DNA of 64,000 bases from Octopus bimaculoides (lineage: Eukaryota). Below, piece after piece: positions 52,692 through 64,000 of the stretch (positions within the stretch are counted from its first letter, which is position 1; each line of letters begins with the position of its first letter). Under the pieces are notes generated by a model. It did not search any database, was not told the DNA's origin, and saw only the letters and a program-made list of their open reading frames with translations. Where the stretch lies: contig NC_068984.1 of NCBI RefSeq assembly GCF_001194135.2, positions 36,422,344-36,486,343 of the forward strand, read 5' to 3'. The position numbers were made by a program, and so were the translations under genes.

Positions 52692-53560
52692 ACAGCCACT
52701 GACCCTGGCGAGAGAGACAAAATCCTGGCAATCTTATATCTACTTTTCCAGTGAAATTCTTCACTGATATCGAAAAGGTGAAAACAAGCAATGTTAATTC
52801 TCTATCGTGCAGTTACTGTTAATACCTCATTTCTATCTCTATCAAATAAACCGTCTTAGACAGAAAGAAAAAGCCTCTACATATGATTAGCACTAAATGT
52901 TGGTGCAGAAATAAATTTAATTTTGATTATACGTTTCCTCAATCGGCACTAAGACAGCGACTAGGGAAAAGCAATAGCTAAAACTGTACGATTCGGCGAA
53001 AATGTGACCTCATTTGCAACGGAAACCTAAAAAATGTAAATATATATTCAAAGATAAAATGTTTTAGACACAAAATATTCCTAAATCACTCATTACAAAA
53101 TCATAGTAATCTCAACTGTCATAAAACGTTAAAAAGTCTTGATTTGTGGTGAGATATAATGAATATTTGTTGTTCCAAACAAAATATAAAAGGGTCATAA
53201 AATCATAAGACAATGATTAATATAGTGTGCTCAAACACAAGAATGGTTGTACATTCAATCATAAACGTCCACATCAAAAACTGTTAAACTGACTACATAA
53301 TTGCGTAAACCACAACTCATGTGTGTCTCTATGTGTGTGTGTTTATGTGTGTGTGTGTGTGTCTATGTGTGTATGTGCATGAGTATGCGTATGTAAGCAT
53401 ATACCTGTACATAAATGACTGTTTACGTAGATGATGTACACACGGCAATCGTAGTTAGGTACGAAGACTTGCTACGCACACACGTATATACATACACACA
53501 TACATATAAACATACATACACACATACATATATAAACACATACATACATATACACACACG

Positions 53561-53594
<34 letters not shown>

Positions 53595-53603
53595 GATATA
53601 TAC

Positions 53604-53658
<55 letters not shown>

Positions 53659-54010
53659 TAGATAGATAGATAGATATAGATATAGATATATGCACATATA
53701 TATATATATATNNNNNNNNNNNNNNNNNNNNNNNNNNNNNNNNNNNNNNNNNNNNNNNNNNNNNNNNNNNNNNNNNNNNNNNNNNNNNNNNNNNNNNNNN
53801 NNNNNNNNNNNNNNNNNNNNNNNNNNNNNNNNNNNNNNNNNNNNNNNNNNNNNNNNNNNNNNNNNNNNNNNNNNNNNNNNNNNNNNNNNNNNNNNNNNNN
53901 NNNNNNNNNNNNNNNNNNNNNNNNNNNNNNNNNNNNNNNNNNNNNNNNNNNNNNNNNNNNNNNNNNNNNNNNNNNNNNNNNNNNNNNNNNNNNNNNNNNN
54001 NNNNNNTATA

Positions 54011-54308
54011 ATTCATGTAAAATACAGTGTACATTTAATACACAGCAGAGATGCCCATAAAAGGACATCTGACCCGCTAGAAAGTGCAGCCAAAGCTCTA
54101 CACCACAAATTGGGGATAATTTCGAAAAGGAATGAAAAATATTCTTTAGTTTTTTATTTTTCATTTTTTATTTTTGTATTTTTCATTCCATTTCGAAATT
54201 ATCCCTAATTTGTGGCGTAGAGCTTTGGCTGCTCTTTCTAGCTGGTCAGATGTCCTTTTTATGGACATCTCTGATGTGTATTAAATGTACACTATATTTT
54301 ACATGAAT
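54011..54308. mobile_element. Foldback/MITE-like palindrome with about 131-bp arms and a 35-nt spacer
   Basis: 54011-54141 versus the reverse complement of 54177-54308: 8 substitutions and 1 indel. Confidence 0.85.
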
Positions 54309-54971
54309 AATATATAGTCTGTTCACTAATTTTTTTCTCGCTAGTGATGAACTGAATGCTGTGTGTGTGTGTGAGAGTGTGTAGGCATATATTCTGTCTT
54401 CTCTGTAATTCTGAAATATTTTTTATTCTTTTTTATTAAAAATCCCCTTATAAAATCGGTTATAGAGCGTGCTTACCGATGTAAACATTAGCAGAAACAC
54501 ACCCTTATTTCATATAAGTGATATCTATCATTATATATATTTTAAACATTGATTTTCTTCTTACATTTCACTTCACTAGATATATCTTTTTCCAAGACTT
54601 TAGTGTTTTATTTAATTTGCATATCATTCTATACTCCTCATTTATTTGGTTTCTGATTTGTTCTTTCCTTTACCCCTCCTCTTTCTATAGGCTACCTTTG
54701 AGGTTATATCCTTTAACGCTTAAAAAAAAATAAAACGTAATAGCGTTCCGTGCATCACTTTACGTATCCATCATATCGTGTTAATATGCCTTATTTCGAG
54801 TTATATTTCTTAATTTCCCTGAAGAGAAGGTTACATTGTTTTACACCATTTAATTCCTTTGGAATAATACCAATGATATCTGCGAAACATATGTCGGAAG
54901 TAAAAGAATTTGAATAACACCATTTATTTATTTATATCTAATATTGTATGCATATATTTTATATATATATT

Positions 54972-55028
<57 letters not shown>

Positions 55029-55057
55029 GCAGACAGATATACATACACACACACAAG

Positions 55058-55088
<31 letters not shown>

Positions 55089-55423
55089 GAATATTTACCA
55101 AAATATTCTATATAGTACGTGTATGTGCTTTAGCATGTACATATATATGTACAACTGTAGAACGCATTCCGAATATTACAACAGAACGATCATTTATAAA
55201 ATTGGAACGTACTCTTAGCATCCTCATTAAAATGGCATCAATTTTTTTTAGTAGGACATGATTTTCTCTGATTTATACATAAGGGACCGTTGCATTGTTT
55301 TCTAAATATAGCCTGAAACTAGAATTAATTAAGAAATCGAACTAAATATATTATGAGATTTAGACTTTCGTGTGAAACTAATTACATTTCGAAAGCATAA
55401 ATATTCATAGATATATGTGTGTG

Positions 55424-55462
<39 letters not shown>

Positions 55463-55719
55463 GTGTGTGTGNNNNNNNNNNNNNNNNNNNNNNNNNNNNN
55501 NNNNNNNNNNNNNNNNNNNNNNNNNNNNNNNNNNNNNNNNNNNNNNNNNNNNNNNNNNNNNNNNNNNNNNNNNNNNNNNNNNNNNNNNNNNNNGTGTGTT
55601 TGTGTGTGTGCGTGCATGTAAAATTTTGGGATTTTTCTTGTGCGTGTAGGTTAATAAATGTATAGAGATAGACTTTATAGAAAAACAAAAGACAAAGACA
55701 GGTGTGTGAACAACGATCA

Positions 55720-55830
55720 AGTGTATTAGTGTGACGCTCGGGAAAAATAAAAAAAAGGCTTTTACGTTTCGAGTCTACGTTCTTCAACAGAAAGGAATAA
55801 GAGGAATTAACATAGAGAGAATGAAAAAAA
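55720..55830 (-). repeat. Short dispersed repeat with variant hammerhead-like motif, copy 1
   Basis: Aligns with 56965-57090. Minus strand reads CTTT-CTGTTGA-AGAACGTAGACTC-GAAA-CG-T-A-AAAG. Confidence 0.65.
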
Positions 55831-55979
55831 AAGACATGTAGAATATACACACACATACATACACACGAACACACGTATACACACACATACAGGTGCACAG
55901 ACACATATACACACGCGCACACACACACATACACACACATATACACACGCGCACACACACATATGTGTGTATTATTTTA

Positions 55980-56200
55980 TTCTTTTACTTCTTTCAGTCA
56001 TTTCAGTGCGGCCCTGCTGGAGCACCACCTTTAGTCAAACAAATCGACCCCAGGTCTTACTCTTTTTAAGTTGAGTACTTCTTGTATCGGTTTCTTAGCC
56101 GAACCGCTAAGTTACAGAGACGTAAACACAACAGCATAGGTTGTTAAGTGATGGTGGGGCAACAAACACAGAAACACAAATACATACATACATACATACA
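55980..56200 (-). mobile_element. SINE family B copy
   Basis: Aligns with 21655-21890. The minus-strand 3' end is GGTGGTGCTCCAGCAGGGCCGCACTGAAATGACTGAAAGAAGTAAAAGAAT. Confidence 0.8.
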
Positions 56201-56964
56201 TATNNNNNNNNNNNNNNNNNNNNNNNNNNNNNNNNNNNNNNNNNNNNNNNNNNNNNNNNNNNNNNNNNNNNNNNNNNNNNNNNNNNNNNNNNNNNNNNNN
56301 NNNNNNNNNNNNNNNNNNNNNNNNNNNNNNNNNNNNNNNNNNNNNNNNNNNNNNNNNNNNNNNNNNNNNNNNNNNNNNNNNNNNNNNNNNNNNNNNNNNN
56401 NNNNNNNNNNNNNNNNNNNNNNNNNNNNNNNNNNNNNNNNNNNNNNNNNNNNNNNNNNNNNNNNNNNNNNNNNNNNNNNNNNNNNNNNNNNNNNNNNNNN
56501 NNNNNNNNNNNNNNNNNNNNNNNNNNNNNNNNNNNNNNNNNNNNNNNNNNNNNNNNNNNNNNNNNNNNNNNNNNNNNNNNNNNNNNNNNNNNNNNNNNNN
56601 NNNNNNNNNNNNNNNNNNNNNNNNNNNNNNNNNNNNNNNNNNNNNNNNNNNNNNNNNNNNNNNNNNNNNNNNNNNNNNNNNNNNNNNNNNNNNNNNNNNN
56701 NNNNNNNNNNNNNNNNNNNNNNNNNNNNNNNNNNNNNNNNNNNNNNNNNNNNNNNNNNNNNNNNNNNNNNNNNNNNNNNNNNNNNNNNNNNNNNNNNNNN
56801 NNNNNNNNNNNNNNNNNNNNNNNNNNNNNNNNNNNNNNNNNNNNNNNNNNNNNNNNNNNNNNNNNNNNNNNNNNNNNNNNNNNNNNNNNNNNNNNNNNNN
56901 NNNNNNNNNNNNNNNNNNNNNNNNNNNNNNNNNNNNNNNNNNNNNNNNNNNNNNNNNNNNNNNN

Positions 56965-57090
56965 ACAACAAACAGATGTATTAGTTTAACGCTCGGGAAG
57001 TGAAGAAATCTTTAACGTTTCGAACCTACGCTCTTTCACAGAAAGGAACACAGAAAGAAACAAGGAGAGAAAATAAAGAATGTGTAGTGG
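56965..57090 (-). repeat. Short dispersed repeat with variant hammerhead-like motif, copy 2
   Basis: Minus strand reads CTTT-CTGTGAA-AGAGC-GTAG-GTTC-GAAA-CG-T-T-AAAG. Confidence 0.65.
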
Positions 57091-57120
57091 CTAGAGACCT
57101 ATCATGGCATATTTATTTGG

Positions 57121-59400
57121 CATAATTTTAGCTCATGAGTTGCAGCCATGCTGGGGCACTGCCACTCGGTCTTGCTACATAATTTTACTTCACTAATTCG
57201 TTTTAGAAATTGACATTTGTGCATGAGGGAGTTTGATGCCGTTGCCCTCATATGCACGTCCTGCTATGAAGTTGGTTCGTTTGGGACACTTGCGATTAAG
57301 AGGTCCAGTTTCGTTACGAAAACACCTACATCCATTCCACGTAGGTCTCTCAGGTCCTTCGGGAGGATATTGAAGAATTGTGCTCATCTTATGCCTAGAC
57401 TGTTGTAATATCAGCCTATATGTTGATGGCAAATTTGGAATCCTTGGCACTAGGCAGTGCCGTCCTGCTTTATCATTAATGTAAGTTTCGATGCCAAAGT
57501 TTGGGACAAGTCCCTCTAGGATCTTCCAGATGTATATTATGGCATATCTTTCTCGTCTACGCTCTAAAAAATAGAGTCTTAATCTCTTGAGTCTTTCCCA
57601 GTAGTTTATATGCTGCATAAAGGCTACCTTCGTGTAGCTTCGTTGGGATACCTCAAGCTCTGCAATTAATTTTACACTGGTTGGTGACTATAGCTGGGAG
57701 AAATAGTCAAAGTGTCTTAGGACAAGTGTCCTCCAGAGGACCATCATGGTCTCCTGATCTCTCGTTCTAAAAATTCTAAGAATCCATTCGATCAGCCGCT
57801 TGCATTTCATTGCCAACTTAGCAACATGCACATGGAAGGATGCATCATTACTGTGTCTCTGGGATTGCAATCCATTCAGGTCCAGTGTATTTAATTGGCA
57901 TTGGATTTAGTTTTGCCCGCTGATAGCACAAGGCTTGAAACTTTTCAGCATTAAACTGCATGCTATTCTAAACTCCAATTGCAGATGCATAATGCCTTCA
58001 GCGTTCTGTACCACCTGTGAGACTTTTGTATCATCTGAATAATGTGGCTCTCTGTGTGGCTGAAGGCATATCTGAGAGGGTTATTATGAATTATAGTGGT
58101 CCCAAAACAGTGCCTTGCGGAACACCGCTTACTATTCGCGTGTTATTGTAGGTGGCTCCGTTGGCTATTACCAACTGACTTCTATCCTTCAGAAAGTCAT
58201 ACAGCCATTCTCCCAATTTCCCGACTATGACGAGATCACGCAGTTTGTGACATATCATTCCATGATCGATTTTATCAAAGGCCCTTGCAAAGTCGAGATA
58301 TATCACATCCATATTTGAGTGGTTGACCAGCTGTCTAAACACCTAGTCGTAGTTTTGTAAGAGCTGAGTCAGGCAGCTTCTTCCTGGTTGGAAACCATGT
58401 TGGGTGTCAGTCAGCAAGTCATTTTCCTCAAGGAAGGTGATTGGTTTTATTCCGACTATTCATTCCATGACTTTGCTGATGTGCGAGGATAGAGAGAGAT
58501 AAGTCTGTAGTTTTTGGCCTCTGCTCTGCTTTCTCCTTTATGAATAGAGCATATTTTACCCTCCTTCAGCTTGCTTGGACGTTTGCCAGTTGCAAAGAAG
58601 CTCTAAAAGAGGGACTGCAGTGCTCTTGCTAGGACTCGCTTACATGCTTTTAGAAGAATTGCTGGGAATCCGTCAGAGCCAGTCGCTGAGTTCGAGTTCA
58701 TTTCATCCACAACCCTTACTACATCGTCTTCTTTTATATTGATGTAATCAATCAGCACTGCCTCTGTTTTTATATCTGCATCGGTAAGAAAGTCAGCTAG
58801 ATTGCCGACTTGCAAGTGCCCTAGTGTTGGAGGGAAAACACTTTTGAATTGCTCATTTAGTATTTCACTTATCCTCATTCGGTTTCCTGTGAGTGAACCG
58901 TCTTTTTCGAGGAGTGGCCCTACCCTGTAGCGCACTGAGGCTGTTTGTTTGGCTCTGGAGCTAGATTTTATATTGTCTATAGCCCAGGTTTCTTTGGCTG
59001 CTCTTTTTATTTCATGAGAGAGTTGCAGATATTTTTTCAATCTCCAGCATTTGTATCTTAAGGCTGGTTTTTTAACTGATTTCAATCTGTTTGTGTAGGC
59101 GATTTGAAAATTTTGTATGCCGTCTCATAAGGCTTTTCTTCTCCCTGGGGATTTTGCTATTGTGTACAGTGGCCTTTCTCTCCGGGACAGATTTGCAGCA
59201 TATGGCTTGCATTACAGACATGAATTGTTGAATAATCATGTCGATGTCCGGTGAAGTGAGACATCTAGGACAGTTTTGTTTGAGGATCTCATTCTCAATT
59301 TGTTTCCAGTTTGTCTTATATACCAGACGAACCGATGGCCCAAAATGAGACACAGTTGAGGGCAGCAATGTGAAATTCTCATATACACAGGATGTGCCAT
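57121..59400 (-). mobile_element. CR1-group LINE, 5'-truncated, ORF2 (RT) pseudogenised
   Basis: VGPLLEKDG..ISEILNEQFKSVF, ATGSDGFPAILLK, DVIYLDFARAFDKIDH, SGVPQGTVLGPL, YSDDTKV and YWERLKRLRLYFLERRRERYAIIYIWKILEG. Multiple stops and frameshifts. Confidence 0.92.
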
Positions 59401-59479
59401 CGAAAGTCTTGATTGGACTACATCAGGTAGCGGAGAAGAGCCATGCAAGGAACGTGCAGAGAGCACCGTATAAGGAGGG

Positions 59480-59529
59480 AAAGTCATGGTGGTGTTCCAG
59501 CACGACCGCTGCCACTTGGCTGAAACGCA

Positions 59530-59560
<31 letters not shown>
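59480..59560 (+). mobile_element. Isolated SINE-B/LINE-type 3' tail with (AAAT)n end
   Basis: GGTGGTGTTCCAGCACGACCGC..GGCTGAAAC followed by ATAAATAAATAA. Confidence 0.6.
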
Positions 59561-59621
<61 letters not shown>

Positions 59622-60635
59622 TGTGTGTGCATCCCTTTATTCACTCATACAAAGAAACAGAGAAGTCACCTATCCTCTTTTCTTCATAGCGGTAATACTC
59701 GTACTTCATTTGTATTTCGTTCCTTGAAAATGTTCCACAAGTTTTCAAAGCTTATACTAAGTTAATTCCATTTCAGAAGTAAAATAATGACTACTAGTTT
59801 GTTGCACACTCTTAGTAAACTGCAATATCTTCCAGGAACACAAACAAGTTTATTATTCTTCTCAAAGTACTTGGTATGTGTACCCTAGTACTTGGTATGT
59901 ATTTCATCTGTTGTGTTTTCATCATCGCTGGCTATTTTTTTTTTTTTAATCTAACACATGTCACTTTTCAGACTAACATTGCTCTTCGTACTTCCTGAAG
60001 AAATATATTGTTTCTGTTAATAATTGATCAGTGCATAATAATCTGTGATTACACATTAAAATTTCGATTATTAACTAATTTTAATAAAACAAATTTTCAT
60101 ATACGTCATGAATCAAATTTTTAGATGTATAGTTTGTCGTATTTCATAAATATTGAGAACTCTTGAATAACTTTGCCGAATGAACTTTGCCAAACTGAAT
60201 AGTGAGCTCTTACATTTTATTGTTTTCAATATTTTCTTTTAATCATCAAATATATTAAGATGTTGCATTTTTGTTACAGGAATGATACATACATTTCTAA
60301 GTATAGTATTATACTTGTATATAATACATATGATTTATTGTGCAACAATCTCTCCTAACCAAGCAGTTTTGGGAAGAAAAAAAAACATATCCCGAATTTT
60401 GCAAACACTAAATCTCCTGTTTTTCTAAGAGTCAATTGTTAAGAATATATAATTAAAGCTTCAGGATATATCACGTGTGTTTCTAATTCTTTGCAGGAAT
60501 TGGATTCAATGGAAGATGGTATGCAATGTGTATGAATAAATTTATAATTTTATGCAATGAGATTTATGCATCTGTAAACACAAATTCCGTTTCAGATCCA
60601 CCATATATGTGAGTGTTTTTGTGTGACTATTATTG

Positions 60636-60645
60636 TGTAGTAGTC

Positions 60646-60697
<52 letters not shown>

Positions 60698-61430
60698 NNN
60701 NNNNNNNNNNNNNNNNNNNNNNNNNNNNNNNNNNNNNNNNNNNNNNNNNNNNNNNNNNNNNNNNNNNNNNNNNNNNNNNNNNNNNNNNNNNNNNNNNNNN
60801 NNNNNNNNNNNNNNNNNNNNNNNNNNNNNNNNNNNNNNNNNNNNNNNNNNNNNNNNNNNNNNNNNNNNNNNNNNNNNNNNNNNNNNNNNNNNNNNNNNNN
60901 NNNNNNNNNNNNNNNNNNNNNNNNNNNNNNNNNNNNNNNNNNNNNNNNNNNNNNNNNNNNNNNNNNNNNNNNNNNNNNNNNNNNNNNNNNNNNNNNNNNN
61001 NNNNNNNNNNNNNNNNNNNNNNNNNNNNNNNNNNNNNNNNNNNNNNNNNNNNNNNNNNNNNNNNNNNNNNNNNNNNNNNNNNNNNNNNNNNNNNNNNNNN
61101 NNNNNNNNNNNNNNNNNNNNNNNNNNNNNNNNNNNNNNNNNNNNNNNNNNNNNNNNNNNNNNNNNNNNNNNNNNNNNNNNNNNNNNNNNNNNNNNNNNNN
61201 NNNNNNNNNNNNNNNNNNNNNNNNNNNNNNNNNNNNNNNNNNNNNNNNNNNNNNNNNNNNNNNNNNNNNNNNNNNNNNNNNNNNNNAGGAGGAAGAGAAG
61301 GAGAAGGAGGAGGAAGTGGAGGAGAAGGAGGAGAAGGAAGAGAAGGAAGAGAAGGGGCAGCAACAGCAGCAGTAGCAGCATTTTAGTAGTAGTAGTAGTA
61401 GTAGTTGTTGTTGTTGTAGTAGTAGTAACA
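60636..61430. repeat. (TAG)n and (GGA/GAA/CAG/TAG/TTG) arrays flanking a gap
   Basis: Direct reading. Confidence 0.9.
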
Positions 61431-61479
61431 ATTATCTTGTAAGTTATAACTGAGAATTTGAACATTTATTGTGAATTAG

Positions 61480-61800
61480 TGGTGCTACTACTTACTATAT
61501 GTTGTTAGATAAAATTTGTTGGCAAAGATTTCAGTTGAGGTTGGTTGAGTAGAAATGACAGGTGACGAGAGTATTTTTTGGAAGCGGATATCTCGTAAAT
61601 GTTCCGTAAATCTGTTGGTTAAGCGGCGGTCAGAGTGATCAACGTATAATTCGTCGCAAAGGGTATATCTGAGATAATAAATGATGTTAGAAGACATACA
61701 GTCAGCCTTCCAACAACAGTTTGAGCATCTGGATGTTGGGATCTACAATGCTGAAGAGGTCCACTGGCTCACCCACGGATTCTGCAATAAAAGAGGGACG
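61480..61800 (-). mobile_element. Penelope-like element GIY-YIG endonuclease remnant (a second family)
   Basis: DCMSSNIIYYLRYTLCDELYVDHSDRRLTNRFTEHLRDIR..PV matches the C.SSNIIY..C..C..YIG.T.R.L..RF.EH pattern. Confidence 0.8.
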
Positions 61801-62326
61801 AGAAACACGTTAGAAATCACAGGTTATCCTCCGTGACCACGCCTATGGCTGAATAGGCTTGTCTTTGAGAAGCAGAAATGATCACGATGGTGAGGCCACA
61901 AAGACTGTTTTGTGTCCTTCACCAGGGAGAGAATTCACGTCCTCTATATATTTTCCAGCACGTTTCAATACAGTATGTATAACCCAGCTGCTCTCGAATA
62001 TTTTAATACCAATAGCAATGAGAATCCTTCTCTTCTCCCGTTCTGATACAAGATGATCACAAGTTTTAGTGTCAGCATTGATCTTTCTGCAATGTATCTA
62101 GATTCGCTTGTGCCTTACATTTGGGACCTGTTCTTTGCTACAGCACTTCTTTTTGCATGCCAGTGTCCTCTAAACTAAGAAGATGACCACTTTTAAAGTG
62201 GTCTTTCACAATCATGGACTTGATATTCGTCAATTGCACTAGCTGCATTATTCTTTACTCTCGTATCAGGTACATGAGATCTCTATCAGATCCTTAGGAT
62301 ACTATGCATGCATTGCTGACGGAATC

Positions 62327-62374
<48 letters not shown>

Positions 62375-63049
62375 CGCATATACATATATAAATACACACA
62401 CACAAACACATATATATATATATTGCTTATTTGGTTTAACATTATAAATTTCATATTACACATTGCGTGTCTGTGTGCGTGTGTGTGCGCGACCTTGTTT
62501 GTGTTTTCTGTGGCTGTCTCTATGTATGTTTATATTTAAATTTATATCTATATATGTTTATGCATATCTATATAAGTATATATGCATAAAACACAAATGT
62601 ATACACATATCCATCACCTTAGATCTCTTGTTAGTGTACATAATATGCTTCGCTGCAAATGTATAACAATACCGACATCGGGCCAAAGCTGCCACTTTAC
62701 CAACAAAGATCTGTACATTCTTTTAATTGTATGCACAGATTTTCTTGTTCATTTATTTTATTTGAATTAAAATTTGCTGCTGTCTCTTCCGTCTTCCTCG
62801 GTTTTACTCCTTAGACGAAAGTAATTTAAATTATTATATATTTCATGGTTCATAATATGTTCAAAGACTTCAATATACACATGCTGTAGGAATAGTATAT
62901 CTCTTTTTCATATCAAGTACAAAGTTATTCGATCTTTTACAGTTTTTGAAGATTTCCAGGCACATTTCTTACCTTGGGTTATAAATATTTTATTATACTG
63001 CATTGTAACGCAGTATATTTTTCTTTCCCTATGCCGTATGAGATGATAC

Positions 63050-63700
63050 TATTGTTAATCTTTTTCTCAAGTTTCGTTACCGATATATCGTCCACGTAAC
63101 TACTCAAACACTTACTTCACATATAAGCATAGGGAATAAAAACTTTACGTATAAAAACAGTCCCATCAATAATGAGAAAATATATGCGTTATTACGCTCT
63201 CTTTAATAAAGTGTCATATATTTAAGACAAATCTAATGCTCTCCAAATTATTGAAGAGGAGTTGGAATAGTCAAGACCGATTATGAAAGGGCTGCCAATA
63301 TCTTCGATACCCGTGCATTCTCATAGATCAAGTAAGAATACCGACCATGAAAATAAGAAATTAACCATCCAAGTTCATTTATCTATATTGGCATGGTATA
63401 TCTTCTCTCGGTTTCAACTTCTTCATTCACAACACATCGTTCTTCGATATGTGCATGTAGTCCGTTATACACCGCAGTACAATCATTCGTCCACTTTTAC
63501 CCTTGTCATTGTTATTTACTATCATACATACATACACAACACTGTTGAATGCCTCTTGCGTAGAAATACAATCGTCGAAAACAAAATTATTTCCTTCATT
63601 GTTTTATCCAGATGCCAACCTGCAGTTGTAGAGGTTGAGCATCAAATGCCACATCTTCAGATTTGGCTTATTTTAAAGGTTATCGGTATTAACCTTCAGC
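63050..63700 (-). mobile_element. Possible very old IS630/Tc1-like transposase remnant
   Basis: Weak motifs in the expected order on the minus strand: HLDKT, KGKSGRMIVL, DYHANID (with a frameshift) and FLFPMLICE..W. Confidence 0.25.
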
Positions 63701-63961
63701 ATAAATCGCAAAAATCAATAATTGTTTACCCAATTTTCAAATTTCCGAAGAATTTTTTATCAGGGTCATTTCCTTGTTAAGTCAGATATATATCCTACGT
63801 TAATTTAGGATTTAGTTTGGCATAGGCATTTACCTATTCTCGGTAAGTAGATGGTTTGAATAAAATTATAGGCTCTCGGCAAAATATGGAAATACCGTGT
63901 CAGTAGGAATAGCCTACTGAAGGTCGCATTTGAGAATAACACACACACGCACACACGCACG

Positions 63962-64000
<39 letters not shown>

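Noticed and set aside
63283-63780. 165-aa plus-strand ORF as a host gene
   Set aside because: No recognisable domain; it is more plausibly the antisense of a decayed transposase or a chance ORF.

Overview
AT-rich, repeat-saturated eukaryotic DNA from a gappy draft assembly, with 18 N-gaps, many next to microsatellites. The SINE families, microsatellite load and retroelement mix suggest an octopod cephalopod; this is inference from repeat content and was not checked against a database. I found no intact protein-coding gene, rRNA, functional tRNA or CRISPR array. Most ORFs in the track are microsatellite or N artefacts, antisense readings of repeats, or broken transposon frames. The window holds decayed mobile elements: eight R4/Dong-like restriction-like-endonuclease (RLE) retrotransposon fragments, several joined to (AAT)n arrays; one Hero-like element; a 5'-truncated CR1-group LINE whose 3' end resembles a SINE tail; two Penelope GIY-YIG fragments; a Tc1 element with DD36E-type spacing; mariner remnants; a hAT-like MITE; a Helitron-like 3' end; and many SINE copies. 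The most interesting signals are RNA structures: a near-canonical minimal hammerhead ribozyme motif with a palindromic stem III (52647-52691, minus strand), several variant hammerhead-like motifs in short repeats, and a 298-bp foldback. A few weak candidate host micro-exons are listed at low confidence.
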